From IMG/VR virus record IMGVR_UViG_3300017774_007351: a stretch of DNA of 56,823 nt; one strand, given 5' to 3'. The notes beneath the pieces are model-generated. The model made no database searches. It was not told the origin of the DNA and saw nothing but the letters and a program-made list of their open reading frames with translations. Source of the stretch: an uncultured virus (IMG/VR IMGVR_UViG_3300017774_007351). Taxonomy: Duplodnaviria > Heunggongvirae > Uroviricota > Caudoviricetes. Made by a program: the position numbers and the translations under genes. Shown piece after piece: positions 47,990 through 56,823 of this stretch (position 1 is the stretch's first letter; each line of letters opens with the position of its first letter).

Positions 47990-49009
47990 TCAGCCGCTAG
48001 CAAAAGTACCATTAACATTAACCTTGAGATAGTTGAATGTTTGGTAGCTATAAGTTACCTGAGCATTACCACCACCAGTATCACCACCAGTATAATTAAC
48101 GCTAGTAAGCTTATTCTTAGTACCTAGGTCAACGCTCATGGTATCATTACCACCAGTACCACAGATATTAACAATAATACTCTCATCAACAAGATTCTTA
48201 GAAACAGCACAAGATCCAGAACTTAAGAAGTCATCAGCATTTACTTCATCTCCTTCTGTAGATGTGGTAACGAATTCTGATGTAACTTCTAATGGGAACT
48301 TAACATAGCGACAGTATGGAGCTAGCTTACCAAGCTCATTGATAGCTTCTCTTCCAAGATTTGCTCTAACGTTGATGCTCTGCAAGTGAGCACTATTACC
48401 GCCAGGAATACTAGCTGGAATAGTTGATCCTGACACGTTAACGTTAATTCTACGAACAGCATGTTTAGCTGTTTGAGGTACTGTTTCACTAAAATTACCA
48501 TTAAAACTACCATCACTCCACTTCTTGCTATTACCAACAAGAGTAACGTCTTCAGTAGCAAATCCATCAAGAGGAAATGTATATCCAATACTGGAAAGAT
48601 ACATACCTGTGCATCTAACCATAGAATCTGGAAGTCCTTCTGCTGCTAGTTTGGTGTCTGCATACACACCCAACATAAAATTAACTCTATTATTAGCTAG
48701 TTCACCGATATTCTTACCAGATCCATGATTAGCTTCGGTCCCACCCATGCATAATAGATAAAGAGGAACTGTTCCATCAAGACTCTTTTGAAGAGTAACT
48801 TCAATTTCTGGAACTCCTTCTACGTTATCATAAAGTTCTTGCTGTCCTAGTTCGAATAATTGTGTTAGAGTAAAGTTTGTTGTAATACCAACACTCTGGA
48901 GTCCCTTTGGATAGACGCTTGTGCCTAGTGTAAAACTGCCGTTGTTATTGGCTTTTACTGGTTGTAATTGAACTGCTTGTGTTGCGTAGTAAATTCTCTT
49001 ATTTGCCAT
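47990..49009 (-). CDS. Major tail tube protein
   Basis: Position before the chaperones and TMP. Two repeats of a tube-like motif ('LQSVGITTNF...LFELG' / 'LQSINVRANLGRE.INELG'). GGAG RBS. Confidence 0.7.
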   Translation of the reverse strand: MANKRIYYATQAVQLQPVKANNNGSFTLGTSVYPKGLQSVGITTNFTLTQLFELGQQELYDNVEGVPEIEVTLQKSLDGTVPLYLLCMGGTEANHGSGKNIGELANNRVNFMLGVYADTKLAAEGLPDSMVRCTGMYLSSIGYTFPLDGFATEDVTLVGNSKKWSDGSFNGNFSETVPQTAKHAVRRINVNVSGSTIPASIPGGNSAHLQSINVRANLGREAINELGKLAPYCRYVKFPLEVTSEFVTTSTEGDEVNADDFLSSGSCAVSKNLVDESIIVNICGTGGNDTMSVDLGTKNKLTSVNYTGGDTGGGNAQVTYSYQTFNYLKVNVNGTFASG

Positions 49010-49092
49010 TTTAAGATCTCCGATATGTTGGTAAAAATTGATAGGACTGAGAACTTTAATTTAAATAACTATCATTGTGAGCTAATGAGTTT

Positions 49093-49098
49093 TACACC
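49093..49098 (-). promoter_or_regulatory. GGTGTA motif, candidate late-promoter element upstream of the tail tube gene
   Basis: TGGTGTAAAA in a ~100-bp intergenic gap. Confidence 0.4.
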
Positions 49099-49110
49099 AA
49101 AAAAACTAAA

Positions 49111-50064
49111 TCATGGGTAAATTTTCAAACTCCAACGTACAATACCATTAAATAAAGATGTGCTAAAATTATTCATTTCCACAGTGTCGGCCGATTTAAT
49201 AAAGCATGTTTTATACTGATAATTAGCATTTGTAACTAGTTGATTATAAGGTAATCCTGATGGATTTTTCTCTCCTCTATAATTTAATGGGTAAACAGCA
49301 TTTTTGACCACTTTATTAATATCGTATAAAATTAGCCCTTTATCTTTTTGTGTTAATAGTATATCCATAAGAGAAACTCTTTGAGCCACAGTTTCTGTGA
49401 AGATATGAAGTAAAATATCTTGAGTAATCATATTTTTAGCATTTCCAAGTTCATAAGGCTCTTGATTATTTCTGGAAATAATTTCAATCATAATAAAAGG
49501 CATTTGTATTTTATGATTAGACAATATTTGGCTATATGGACTATTATCTGTGCTAGTATATAGTGTTCTTGTTAGCTCTTTCCACCAAACACTCTCATTT
49601 GACTTATAGATTTGAATATATCTGTATGCATAATTGAGCTTAACTAAACTATTAGTACTAATTGGATTATTAAATGTAATTTTACCTAATGGATAATTAA
49701 TATGATATCCATAACTACCACTGCCTGTTGGTGCAGGAAGAAAGGTATTATTGAGATAAATGCCAGAGACTGGGTTGATATTTTTATCGGGATCAAAACT
49801 TGCTCCATTCTCATAAACCCAATCCTTCGTCGGGCCTTCCCAAGTATTACTCTTGTTGGCTAAGTTGCCTGTGGGAGATATTTGGGGTTTTAATGTGTAA
49901 AGTGCAGCTGGTGTGCCAGAAACCATATTAACATTCACATATCCTTCTATCTGTAAAAAAGACCAGTCTAAAAAATGCTTTAGGTTATCTTCTACTTGAG
50001 ATATAGAATATTTTTCATTAATATTTGTTATATGATTAAATTTTGTATAGTCGAATTCATTCAT
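49111..50064 (-). CDS. Tail terminator/completion-like protein
   Basis: Synteny just upstream of the tube gene. 'QMPFIMIE...YELG...QDILLHIFTE' resembles tail-terminator folds. Inserted 'YHINYPLGKITF' beta domain. Confidence 0.5.
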   Translation of the reverse strand: MNEFDYTKFNHITNINEKYSISQVEDNLKHFLDWSFLQIEGYVNVNMVSGTPAALYTLKPQISPTGNLANKSNTWEGPTKDWVYENGASFDPDKNINPVSGIYLNNTFLPAPTGSGSYGYHINYPLGKITFNNPISTNSLVKLNYAYRYIQIYKSNESVWWKELTRTLYTSTDNSPYSQILSNHKIQMPFIMIEIISRNNQEPYELGNAKNMITQDILLHIFTETVAQRVSLMDILLTQKDKGLILYDINKVVKNAVYPLNYRGEKNPSGLPYNQLVTNANYQYKTCFIKSADTVEMNNFSTSLFNGIVRWSLKIYP

Positions 50065-50705
50065 AAATATTTCTCAATATGTGTTTGCATAGCTTTTAAA
50101 ATTCTGCTTTCGGTTTTCTCTATTGCTCTAGTTGTCCAGTTATTACTGATGGTTCCAGCAAATTCTGGAGGAACTCTCCAGTTTTTATTTGAATCTACCA
50201 TGATCGCCATTCCTGTTCTTGAACTAGGATTTGGAGCAATTTTTACTTCAAAGTTTTTTACTATTGGCTTATTGGCTTGAAATAATAACCAACTAAGCCA
50301 CGGAAGCTCATAACCCCTGCCTCCATCCACAACCTTTGCAGATTGATTATTAATGATACCATTTATATCATCAGATTTAATCATTGTTAATTTATATCCA
50401 CCAGACAGCCCCAAGTTATTTATAGTAACTGACTTGTATTCAAGATTCAATGTATTTACCATCTCTTCTATTACAGTATCAACAATTCCAGAATCTGGTA
50501 TTCCAAATTCATATTTTAGTGATCCGGACATCAAGGATTCATATTCTGGTTCTTGTTTTAATGCCTCTGATACTACCATTTTTACTTCTGTTATAATTCC
50601 ACTTACAGCTTTACTAAAAGTAATATCTAAATGATCTTTCATTGCTGTTAGGATTAAGTTTCTAATTTCGCTGTTTGATTCTAGTAATTTTAATTCTAGG
50701 TTCAT
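50061..50705 (-). CDS. Neck/tail-completion protein (HK97 gp10-like position)
   Basis: Start reassigned to ATG 50705 (ATGA overlap). C-terminal 'AGT..NNW.TRA' motif, plus synteny. Confidence 0.45.
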   Translation of the reverse strand: MNLELKLLESNSEIRNLILTAMKDHLDITFSKAVSGIITEVKMVVSEALKQEPEYESLMSGSLKYEFGIPDSGIVDTVIEEMVNTLNLEYKSVTINNLGLSGGYKLTMIKSDDINGIINNQSAKVVDGGRGYELPWLSWLLFQANKPIVKNFEVKIAPNPSSRTGMAIMVDSNKNWRVPPEFAGTISNNWTTRAIEKTESRILKAMQTHIEKYL

Positions 50706-51232
50706 TGTCTTTTCCACATCGTAATGATGTAATCATTATTTCCAAAACCACAGGGGTTTGGATCTCCTGCTCTTTCATAAGTATAATTACCATATTTGTC
50801 TAACTTACTATCAATAACTATTTCTTTAGCATTTCTAATTTTATTGATATATTCTGAAGAACATATTGTTTGAACCATTCCATCTGTCAAATTTACAGTC
50901 TTAGAAGACCAATTCAACCAATACTTGCTATCAAATATGACTCCTAAGTGAATAGTCTCTTGAGCGCCAGAAACATCGATTCTATATCCAGAACCCAAAC
51001 AAACTGGGCAGATTTGCCCTTCTAAAAAAGATATTGGACCAGTTCCATTATATATGTTAGATGATAGTAGTGTAATGGGGTCAAATTTACAATTATTACA
51101 AAGCTGCTGAGAGGTTGTCTCTGAGTCATATCTAATTAAGCATGGAACAGACAGAGAATTCTGTGCGAGAATAGTATCTATTGCTTCTTTGAATAATTGC
51201 TTAAATTCTGAGGTAATAAGATTGTTAAACAT
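50702..51232 (-). CDS. Head closure/neck protein with a Zn-finger insertion
   Basis: CxxC...CPxCxGxG motifs; synteny within the head-tail joining cluster. Confidence 0.5.
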   Translation of the reverse strand: MFNNLITSEFKQLFKEAIDTILAQNSLSVPCLIRYDSETTSQQLCNNCKFDPITLLSSNIYNGTGPISFLEGQICPVCLGSGYRIDVSGAQETIHLGVIFDSKYWLNWSSKTVNLTDGMVQTICSSEYINKIRNAKEIVIDSKLDKYGNYTYERAGDPNPCGFGNNDYIITMWKRQ

Positions 51233-51234
51233 AA

Positions 51235-51456
51235 TTAGTATTGAATACTTATAGCAGGATAGGTTTGATTTATATTAATAGAAAGGTCTGTGCCAAAGCT
51301 AGAAGGCTGCTGATAGATAAAACTCTGTATATTAACAAATTCTTCACGAAGAGAATTCCCCTGTGATGAAGATGATGAGACATTATTGAAGTATCCATTT
51401 ATAGTAACATATGTAGTATATGTCTTATTAATCTGATTAGTTATAACAAGATCCAT
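51235..51456 (-). CDS. Hypothetical small protein (73 aa)
   Basis: Fills the gap between neighbours; AGGAG RBS. Confidence 0.6.
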   Translation of the reverse strand: MDLVITNQINKTYTTYVTINGYFNNVSSSSSQGNSLREEFVNIQSFIYQQPSSFGTDLSININQTYPAISIQY

Positions 51457-51470
51457 AAATATTCTTGCTC

Positions 51471-52403
51471 CTAATCTTGATAAGTAATAATTAATTTCCA
51501 GTTATCTATAACTCCAGAAACTCCAACATCATTATCTCTAACATGTAATGTCCAATCTCCTGAAGTTGGGATATAGTTGCGCAAATGAGAGAATGAACTT
51601 AGGAGATTATCGTTGTTAATAGTCCCATTATCAAATCTAGTGCTACGAGTTTTATCTATAATCCTACATAGACCACCGTTTCTTACATTATTAATATTGG
51701 TCTGTGGTAATGCTCTATCAGAAAACATAAAGCTAAATCCTGGTATATACTGTGATATTTTGTGATTAGCAAATAGTAGGATTTTGTCTCCGGATGGAGG
51801 GGCTAAAAATATAGAAAGATCTTGGGGATTATTGTGATTAAGTCCATTGATACCAATCTCTACGGTATCTATAGGTCTATTATCCATTACAGAAACAGTA
51901 TTAGTATTATTCTGATTGTCTTGAATATAAATCCTAGAACCATTATATATACTAGAATCAAATGCTGAACAATTAATTTCACAAACATCTAATACTTGTC
52001 CATTAATTGGTTCTTGAATATCAAAAGCTGGAATAGTGGTATTTCTTTTAATTACACTAATAATACCTTGAGCAAGTCTGTATCTTTTAAGTCCACTGCC
52101 GGGATATTGTTCATTGGGTTCTTGTAAATCTAAATCATAGCTGGCCGTACTAAATAAATATGTGTTAGTTATTCTTGCTGGTAAATTTAATACTATTTCA
52201 CCATTAGGATATGCAATAAAAGAATAGTCTGTTGTTTTAGTGATATTATCAAAACTATAAATATCTCCAGCATCTGTTACGAACTTTAGTAAAACATACC
52301 AATTAGTAAGGTTTGTTCTTACATTATTCTCATCAAAATAACGAAAAGTTATTTGAAAATCAGATCCCTGCTCTATAGAAAATGAATGATTAGCTGCTGG
52401 CAT
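51471..52403 (-). CDS. Virion protein: N-terminal Ig/BppU-like domain plus proprotein convertase P-domain
   Basis: N-terminal 'FSIEQGSDFQITF...YDL'; C-terminal 'IDTVEIGINGLNH.NPQDLSIFLAPPSG...GDWTLHVRDN..G.SG.IDNWKL' is a clear P-domain signature. Confidence 0.7.
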   Translation of the reverse strand: MPAANHSFSIEQGSDFQITFRYFDENNVRTNLTNWYVLLKFVTDAGDIYSFDNITKTTDYSFIAYPNGEIVLNLPARITNTYLFSTASYDLDLQEPNEQYPGSGLKRYRLAQGIISVIKRNTTIPAFDIQEPINGQVLDVCEINCSAFDSSIYNGSRIYIQDNQNNTNTVSVMDNRPIDTVEIGINGLNHNNPQDLSIFLAPPSGDKILLFANHKISQYIPGFSFMFSDRALPQTNINNVRNGGLCRIIDKTRSTRFDNGTINNDNLLSSFSHLRNYIPTSGDWTLHVRDNDVGVSGVIDNWKLIITYQD

Positions 52404-52422
52404 AAAACATTTGCCTTTTTAA

Positions 52423-52938
52423 TTAAGAATAAAAATCTCTTGATCTATCAGAACTATAACGAATAGAATTGGGGTCAAATTTATTGCCAACAAACGGACT
52501 AAGAACAGCTCGAATAGCAGTTGCTTCTTTAACATCCCAATGAGAAGTCAATTCTTCATATGCTGCACATGGGCCCTGTTCTAGTATTAGTTTAATTCCA
52601 GCTAAACTTCCACCAACGCTTAATTGAGCTGGTCCTAAAGCAGCCCTGATGCCCTCCATAGCTGCCTTAGTCCTTAAGACGCTTTGATCTATAATACATG
52701 CTGTTTTTAGCGAAACCAAACTAATAAAAATACTATCATCGGTTGTTGTTGGATCTGGAGTAATTGATGGATTAACAACGTTGATTGTATATGAATTATC
52801 AAGAACCACGTCAAATTGAACATATTTAGCTGCTACTGATATAACCTGTATTATTCTTTCATCAGAATAATTTGGAGTTTCAGATAGGTCATTAATAAGA
52901 GTTCTTACAATAATTGGAATTTCTTTTTTCCAGCTCAT
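52423..52938 (-). CDS. Head-tail adaptor/connector-like protein
   Basis: Likely start ATG 52938 (MSWKKE). 'VRTLINDL....YSDERI' is typical of adaptor N-termini; first gene of the neck cluster. Confidence 0.5.
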   Translation of the reverse strand: MSWKKEIPIIVRTLINDLSETPNYSDERIIQVISVAAKYVQFDVVLDNSYTINVVNPSITPDPTTTDDSIFISLVSLKTACIIDQSVLRTKAAMEGIRAALGPAQLSVGGSLAGIKLILEQGPCAAYEELTSHWDVKEATAIRAVLSPFVGNKFDPNSIRYSSDRSRDFYS

Positions 52939-52978
52939 ATTTTTGGCCCTTTTAGTTAGTATCATCTCTAGTTTTTAA

Positions 52979-53001
52979 TACACCTTATGGTGGTTGGTGT
53001 A
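52979..53001. promoter_or_regulatory. Back-to-back TACACC-N11-GGTGTA pair in the divergent intergenic region
   Basis: Read directly. One copy points toward the neck/tail operon and the other toward the GT2/lyase cassette. Confidence 0.4.
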
Positions 53002-53205
53002 GTAATTAAATTAATTGGCCAATAAGGAATTTATTACATAATATTCATGGACTCATGCTTAGATAAAGCTATTATAAAAGATAAGCGTCCTATTCCACAA
53101 AAATTCTCGATACTGAATATACTATATGCTTTGTAGTCTATCATTAAAAAATCTAATTTCTTATCCAAGAAACGAAATAAATTTGGCAAAAGATGTCATG
53201 ATCGA

Positions 53206-53928
53206 GTGCCGGCTATGATTATCTCTTATTGTTCTCAAGTTAAAAATAGATTATATCAGCTTAAACAAACTATTCAGTATAATTTAGACCACATAAAAAA
53301 TAATAAAAATACCGAGTGGATAATTATTGATTGTCATTCAAATGATGGTCTTTATGAATTCATGAGAGCTTTAGGTCAAATAGATAGAGTTCACTATTAT
53401 AGAGCCTTAAACTATCACAGCTATTCCATCCCGGTTGCAAAAAATTTGGCCGTAAGACTGAGCCATGGTGATTATGTGTTTAATTTAGATATTGACAATT
53501 ATATTGGAAATGCCACAGCTCAAATTAAAAGCTTGGGGTATAGGATTGGTGTGTGCTGTGATATTTTCAAACGTGGGGTTTATGGCAGAATAGGGTGTTC
53601 TAGAAAAGTCTTTAATATGGTTGGTGGTTACGATGAATCTTTTTTACCAGCTGGAAAACATGACATAGATTTTATGGCTAGATGTAAATTAATCAATTAT
53701 TATTTTAAACATATTCCTTGTATGATAAATCCAATTTTGAATTCTAAAACAGAAACTGTTATTAACACTGGAGCTGATATGGATTGGGAAACTATGAATT
53801 CTTTAAACGGTGAAAAAATGGAATATAATCTACAAAATAAAATTCATTGTCCCAATATAAAATTTACAAGTTATGATTTCGAATATAATTTTACTAAAAA
53901 AATTACACTATCTGAGGAGATAATATAA
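53206..53928 (+). CDS. Glycosyltransferase family 2 (GT-A; GT7-C-like C-terminus); start possibly ATG 53215
   Basis: 'EWIIID..S.DG', 'AKNLAVR...GDYVFNLDID' (DxD motif) and 'VGGYDESF...HDIDF'. Confidence 0.85.
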   Translation: MPAMIISYCSQVKNRLYQLKQTIQYNLDHIKNNKNTEWIIIDCHSNDGLYEFMRALGQIDRVHYYRALNYHSYSIPVAKNLAVRLSHGDYVFNLDIDNYIGNATAQIKSLGYRIGVCCDIFKRGVYGRIGCSRKVFNMVGGYDESFLPAGKHDIDFMARCKLINYYFKHIPCMINPILNSKTETVINTGADMDWETMNSLNGEKMEYNLQNKIHCPNIKFTSYDFEYNFTKKITLSEEII

Positions 53929-55043
53929 TGCTATTAACAATTAACGAACAAAGAATAAACCAACTCACGTTAGAGCAAATAGCTAATTATCAACAAAAAT
54001 TTATAGATATATTAGACATGGAACTGCCAAGTATTACACAAAATACATCTGAAATAAAACAACAAACAGGAGCTAATAATTTTACTAGTTTAGCTGCGTT
54101 CTATCATGCAGATCCTAACTCGGTAACAGGATTTCCTTATATTAGGATAGACGGAAATAGAAATCCTCTAGCTGCAACTAATAGTGATAATAAATTTCTT
54201 AGTAAATTTTATTCATTATTTTTTCCTTGCTCTATCTTGTATCATTTAACGAAATCTGAAAATTATGCTATTAAAGCTATTGAATCTCTTCAAACCTTTT
54301 TTATAAACGATAACACTAAAATGAATCCTGGTTTAACATATAGTGGGATTGTAATTGGTGACAGTATGGAGGATTTACGTATTAGAGGAGCGGTTATTGA
54401 TACTAATAATTTATCTTTATTACCAGACTTTATTGAGTTGATTAAGTCTAGTGAAAATTGGACAACGGAAGTGAACGATAGTATGGTGTCATGGTTTGAT
54501 TCATTGAGCGATTGGTTTAAAACTAATCCTAGAGGAATATTGCAATCTGGGTATAGTCACAATATTAAAACATCCTATGTAAAGCAGCTGTGTTCTTATC
54601 TCTGTGCCTGTGGTAAGGAAGTGGAAGCTAGAACTTATTTAGAAAATAATGTGAGAGCCTTATTAAGTGCTCAGATAGATAGTGACGGTAAACAAGTATT
54701 AGAAATGGATAGGGTAAAGAATAGACATTATAGTAATTTTAATCTGGGTATGCTTGTGGAGTTAGCTACTATGTCAAATTCTTTGGGAATTAATATTTGG
54801 AATTATGAAGATACTGATGGAAGAGGAAGTATTAAAAAAGCTATGAAATATTTATGCTATTATTATTTACATCCAGAAGAATGGACAACTTCTGAAGAAA
54901 CAGCTAATAATCCTGCTATGACAAGAAAGTGGTTACAGGCTGGGGTAGAATTATATGATGATAAAATATTACAAGATGTATTCAGAGAAGTTAAGATTTA
55001 TAACTTTACTAGTGTTCCAGACTATATCTCACTACCTATATAA
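53928..55043 (+). CDS. Alginate lyase family (PL5-like alpha/alpha toroid) protein
   Basis: 'G.PYIRIDG..NP', 'FFI...TKMNP.L.Y', 'QIDSDGKQ.LEM.R....HYS.FNL' and 'IW.Y....GRGSIKKA..YL' match the Alginate_lyase family pattern. Confidence 0.8.
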   Translation: MLLTINEQRINQLTLEQIANYQQKFIDILDMELPSITQNTSEIKQQTGANNFTSLAAFYHADPNSVTGFPYIRIDGNRNPLAATNSDNKFLSKFYSLFFPCSILYHLTKSENYAIKAIESLQTFFINDNTKMNPGLTYSGIVIGDSMEDLRIRGAVIDTNNLSLLPDFIELIKSSENWTTEVNDSMVSWFDSLSDWFKTNPRGILQSGYSHNIKTSYVKQLCSYLCACGKEVEARTYLENNVRALLSAQIDSDGKQVLEMDRVKNRHYSNFNLGMLVELATMSNSLGINIWNYEDTDGRGSIKKAMKYLCYYYLHPEEWTTSEETANNPAMTRKWLQAGVELYDDKILQDVFREVKIYNFTSVPDYISLPI

Positions 55044-55364
55044 TCAGATATTAGATGTTTCTACCCATAAGCCAGTATTTTCGTCTAAAGTATAATTTTC
55101 GCCGGGACATGGAGTAACGAAAGCTCCTTCTGGAGGATTTACGTCTTCTCTAAATATGTACCCAGTACCAGCATAATTCATCCTAAACGGGGTTCCACCA
55201 TTATTATGAACTCCACCGATGGTATTATATGATGTTCGTTTGCATGTCTGATTACGAATATTCCCGTAATAAATCTCCCAATCAATACCATCTTCCCATT
55301 CGTTCTTACCAACTATAATTTCTGTAACTACGTTATTCTCGTCTAAAAATGCATAATGTGCCAT
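55044..55364 (-). CDS. Small fibre-associated phage protein (106 aa)
   Basis: 'MAHYAFLDENNVVTEIIV...RTSYN...FRMNYAG.GY' family, commonly found beside Gly-rich fibre genes. GAGGA RBS. Confidence 0.65.
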   Translation of the reverse strand: MAHYAFLDENNVVTEIIVGKNEWEDGIDWEIYYGNIRNQTCKRTSYNTIGGVHNNGGTPFRMNYAGTGYIFREDVNPPEGAFVTPCPGENYTLDENTGLWVETSNI

Positions 55365-55374
55365 ATAATATTCC

Positions 55375-56247
55375 TCAGAAAAAAGTAACAGTGTCTGTTC
55401 CTGCCGTGATTGTGATTAATTTATCTCCACCTATTGTAGAAATTGTATGAGTTAAACCAACCCCTAGTCTAATATTCAAACCGGCAGCGCATCGAATAAC
55501 AACGACTCCGCTTCCACCAGTGCCAGTAGCTGTAGAAGCAGCAAATGCTCCACCACCACCGCCGCCCGTATTAACTGTTCCAGCTACGGCAGAAACGCCA
55601 GACGCTCCACCAGAACCGCCACCTCCTGTACCACCAGCCGAAGCAGAACGACCACCGCCACCGCCACCACCATAAGTTAATCCAGTAATAGTTGATACTT
55701 TTCCATTGCCACCAGCACCGCTGTTTACGCCCGCAGCACCAGCACCGCCACCACCGCCAGAGTTAAAACCATCACCGTTACCTCCAGCAAAACCGTCAGC
55801 TAATACAGAAAAGCCTCTTGTTTCACCAGTTGCTGCTGAACCAAAATATTTGCCGCCGCCATTGGCTCCATTTTCACCACGACGAACGTAAGGAGCAAAA
55901 CTACCGTTAGTATCATTAATGCCACCAGAGCCGCCACCGATTGCGACAATGCTATCAAATCTACTTGTAACTCCAAAGCTACTTCTAATTGCATTTGTTG
56001 TAGATCCGGCACCGCCAGCCCCAATGGTAACAGAAATAGGTGAGTTTAAAGTTATAGCTACTGTCTGCTCAACAACTGCACCACCACCGCCACCAGCACC
56101 AATAAGAGCGGTTGCTCCACCAGAGCCGCCAGAGCCACCGCCACCCACAACAAGTACGCGAACACTAGTGGGTGCAGTAACACCATTAATGCCATACGGT
56201 GATGAAGCTATTGTAGCACTTCCAATAGAATAAATACCTTGATTCAT
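55375..56247 (-). CDS. Glycine-rich domain protein (tail fibre/receptor-binding-associated)
   Basis: 'VLVVGGGGSGG...GGGGGGAV...VTIGAGGAG...NTGGGGGG...GGSGVVVIR' is the common phage Gly-rich domain. Confidence 0.75.
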   Translation of the reverse strand: MNQGIYSIGSATIASSPYGINGVTAPTSVRVLVVGGGGSGGSGGATALIGAGGGGGAVVEQTVAITLNSPISVTIGAGGAGSTTNAIRSSFGVTSRFDSIVAIGGGSGGINDTNGSFAPYVRRGENGANGGGKYFGSAATGETRGFSVLADGFAGGNGDGFNSGGGGGAGAAGVNSGAGGNGKVSTITGLTYGGGGGGGRSASAGGTGGGGSGGASGVSAVAGTVNTGGGGGGAFAASTATGTGGSGVVVIRCAAGLNIRLGVGLTHTISTIGGDKLITITAGTDTVTFF

Positions 56248-56630
56248 TATAGATCTGCCCCTAAAGCTATGACGTGAGTAACTTGTGCTACTGATGTTGT
56301 TACTCTTACTGAATAAGAAGCACTAGGTAGAATTAAATTATTATATGTGTTACTAACTCTAGTTTGCTGCACTGTAGCTGACCCCGTAGCTGCTGCCACG
56401 GTTATTTCATCAAATAGAAAGTATGTAGTACCGTCATAAAGAAATATCCTAACGATAGCCGCAGCACTGGTAGCGGCGCATTTGACTACAATTTCAGATA
56501 CTCTAGTACCCGTACTAGCTCCTGTAATTAAAGTTTCCACATTAGTTGGAGCCGTATAACTAGCTTCAGCAGTAGATATAGAAACAGATGATATTCTTGG
56601 TGTTACTGCGAAAACTGGACTAGTTGCCAT
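56247..56630 (-). CDS. Small beta-sandwich virion protein (127 aa)
   Basis: Start ATG 56630 after an AGGAG RBS; TAATG coupling to the Gly-rich gene. Confidence 0.65.
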   Translation of the reverse strand: MATSPVFAVTPRISSVSISTAEASYTAPTNVETLITGASTGTRVSEIVVKCAATSAAAIVRIFLYDGTTYFLFDEITVAAATGSATVQQTRVSNTYNNLILPSASYSVRVTTSVAQVTHVIALGADL

Positions 56631-56640
56631 AATCAATCTC

Positions 56641-56823
56641 CTATCTAAAATTTGACCATAAGTAAAGATTTGAACTATTTATTATATTAGTAGTATTGGT
56701 ATTTGATGTCAAAGGAAAAAATGTTCCACTACCAACTACCCCTAAACTATTATATGCTGTAACGCCATCACCAATTTTTAATTTGAGAGTATCAGTTTCA
56801 AATATTGGTTCGCCGCTATTAAC
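56641..56823 (-). CDS. 3' end of a fibre-type protein with an Mtd_N/hyaluronidase-N-like motif (truncated by the window edge)
   Basis: Translated by hand as ...VNSGEPIFETDTLKLKIGDGVTAYNSL...NLYLWSNFR*, containing the 'GE...ETDT..LKIGDG' signature. Confidence 0.75.
   Translation of the reverse strand, partial: VNSGEPIFETDTLKLKIGDGVTAYNSLGVVGSGTFFPLTSNTNTTNIINSSNLYLWSNFR

Noticed and set aside
53013..53022. Palindrome ATTGGCCAAT in the divergent intergenic region
   Set aside because: A single short instance, not enough to call an operator.
56641..56823. Diversity-generating retroelement suggested by the Mtd_N-like motif
   Set aside because: No reverse transcriptase or TR/VR repeat pair in the window, and the motif is common in fibre proteins.
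1..56823. Stop-codon reassignment, tRNA or rRNA genes
   Set aside because: TAA, TAG and TGA all end genes at tight gene junctions and coding density is high under code 11. No RNA gene was recognised in the short gaps.

Overview
AT-rich segment of a large tailed bacteriophage genome, probably long-tailed and siphovirus-like, since no sheath gene sits beside the tube gene. It uses the standard genetic code. Left arm (1-4271, + strand): degenerate sugar-nucleotidyltransferase/glycosyltransferase-like genes, a NUMOD3+DUF559/Vsr-type endonuclease, a Rad52/Sak-like annealing protein and a Zn-ribbon protein. The remainder (4268-56823, mostly - strand) is a virion morphogenesis region. In transcription order it holds: fibre-type genes; an inverted + strand GT2/alginate-lyase-like cassette; head-tail joining genes; the tail tube gene; two paralogous tail-assembly-chaperone-like genes; an intrinsic terminator; a 5,124-aa tape measure protein (TMP); and tail-tip, hub and fibre genes, several with mucin-like Thr/Pro and Gly/Pro repeats. 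The standout is the TMP. It is organised like a polyprotein: about 22 short xxxGG motifs (mostly [F/Y/M/K/R]-A-x-G-G) and six copies of a lambda-gpH-C-terminus-like '(V/I)PAxLxxG(E/D)FV' module delimit apparent enzyme cassettes. These are two PD-(D/E)xK-like nucleases, a HAD phosphatase, a GNAT acetyltransferase, an HExxH peptidase and an ADP-ribosyltransferase-like domain, which suggests an injected, processed effector-delivery system. All product calls come from reading motifs by eye; no database searches were run.
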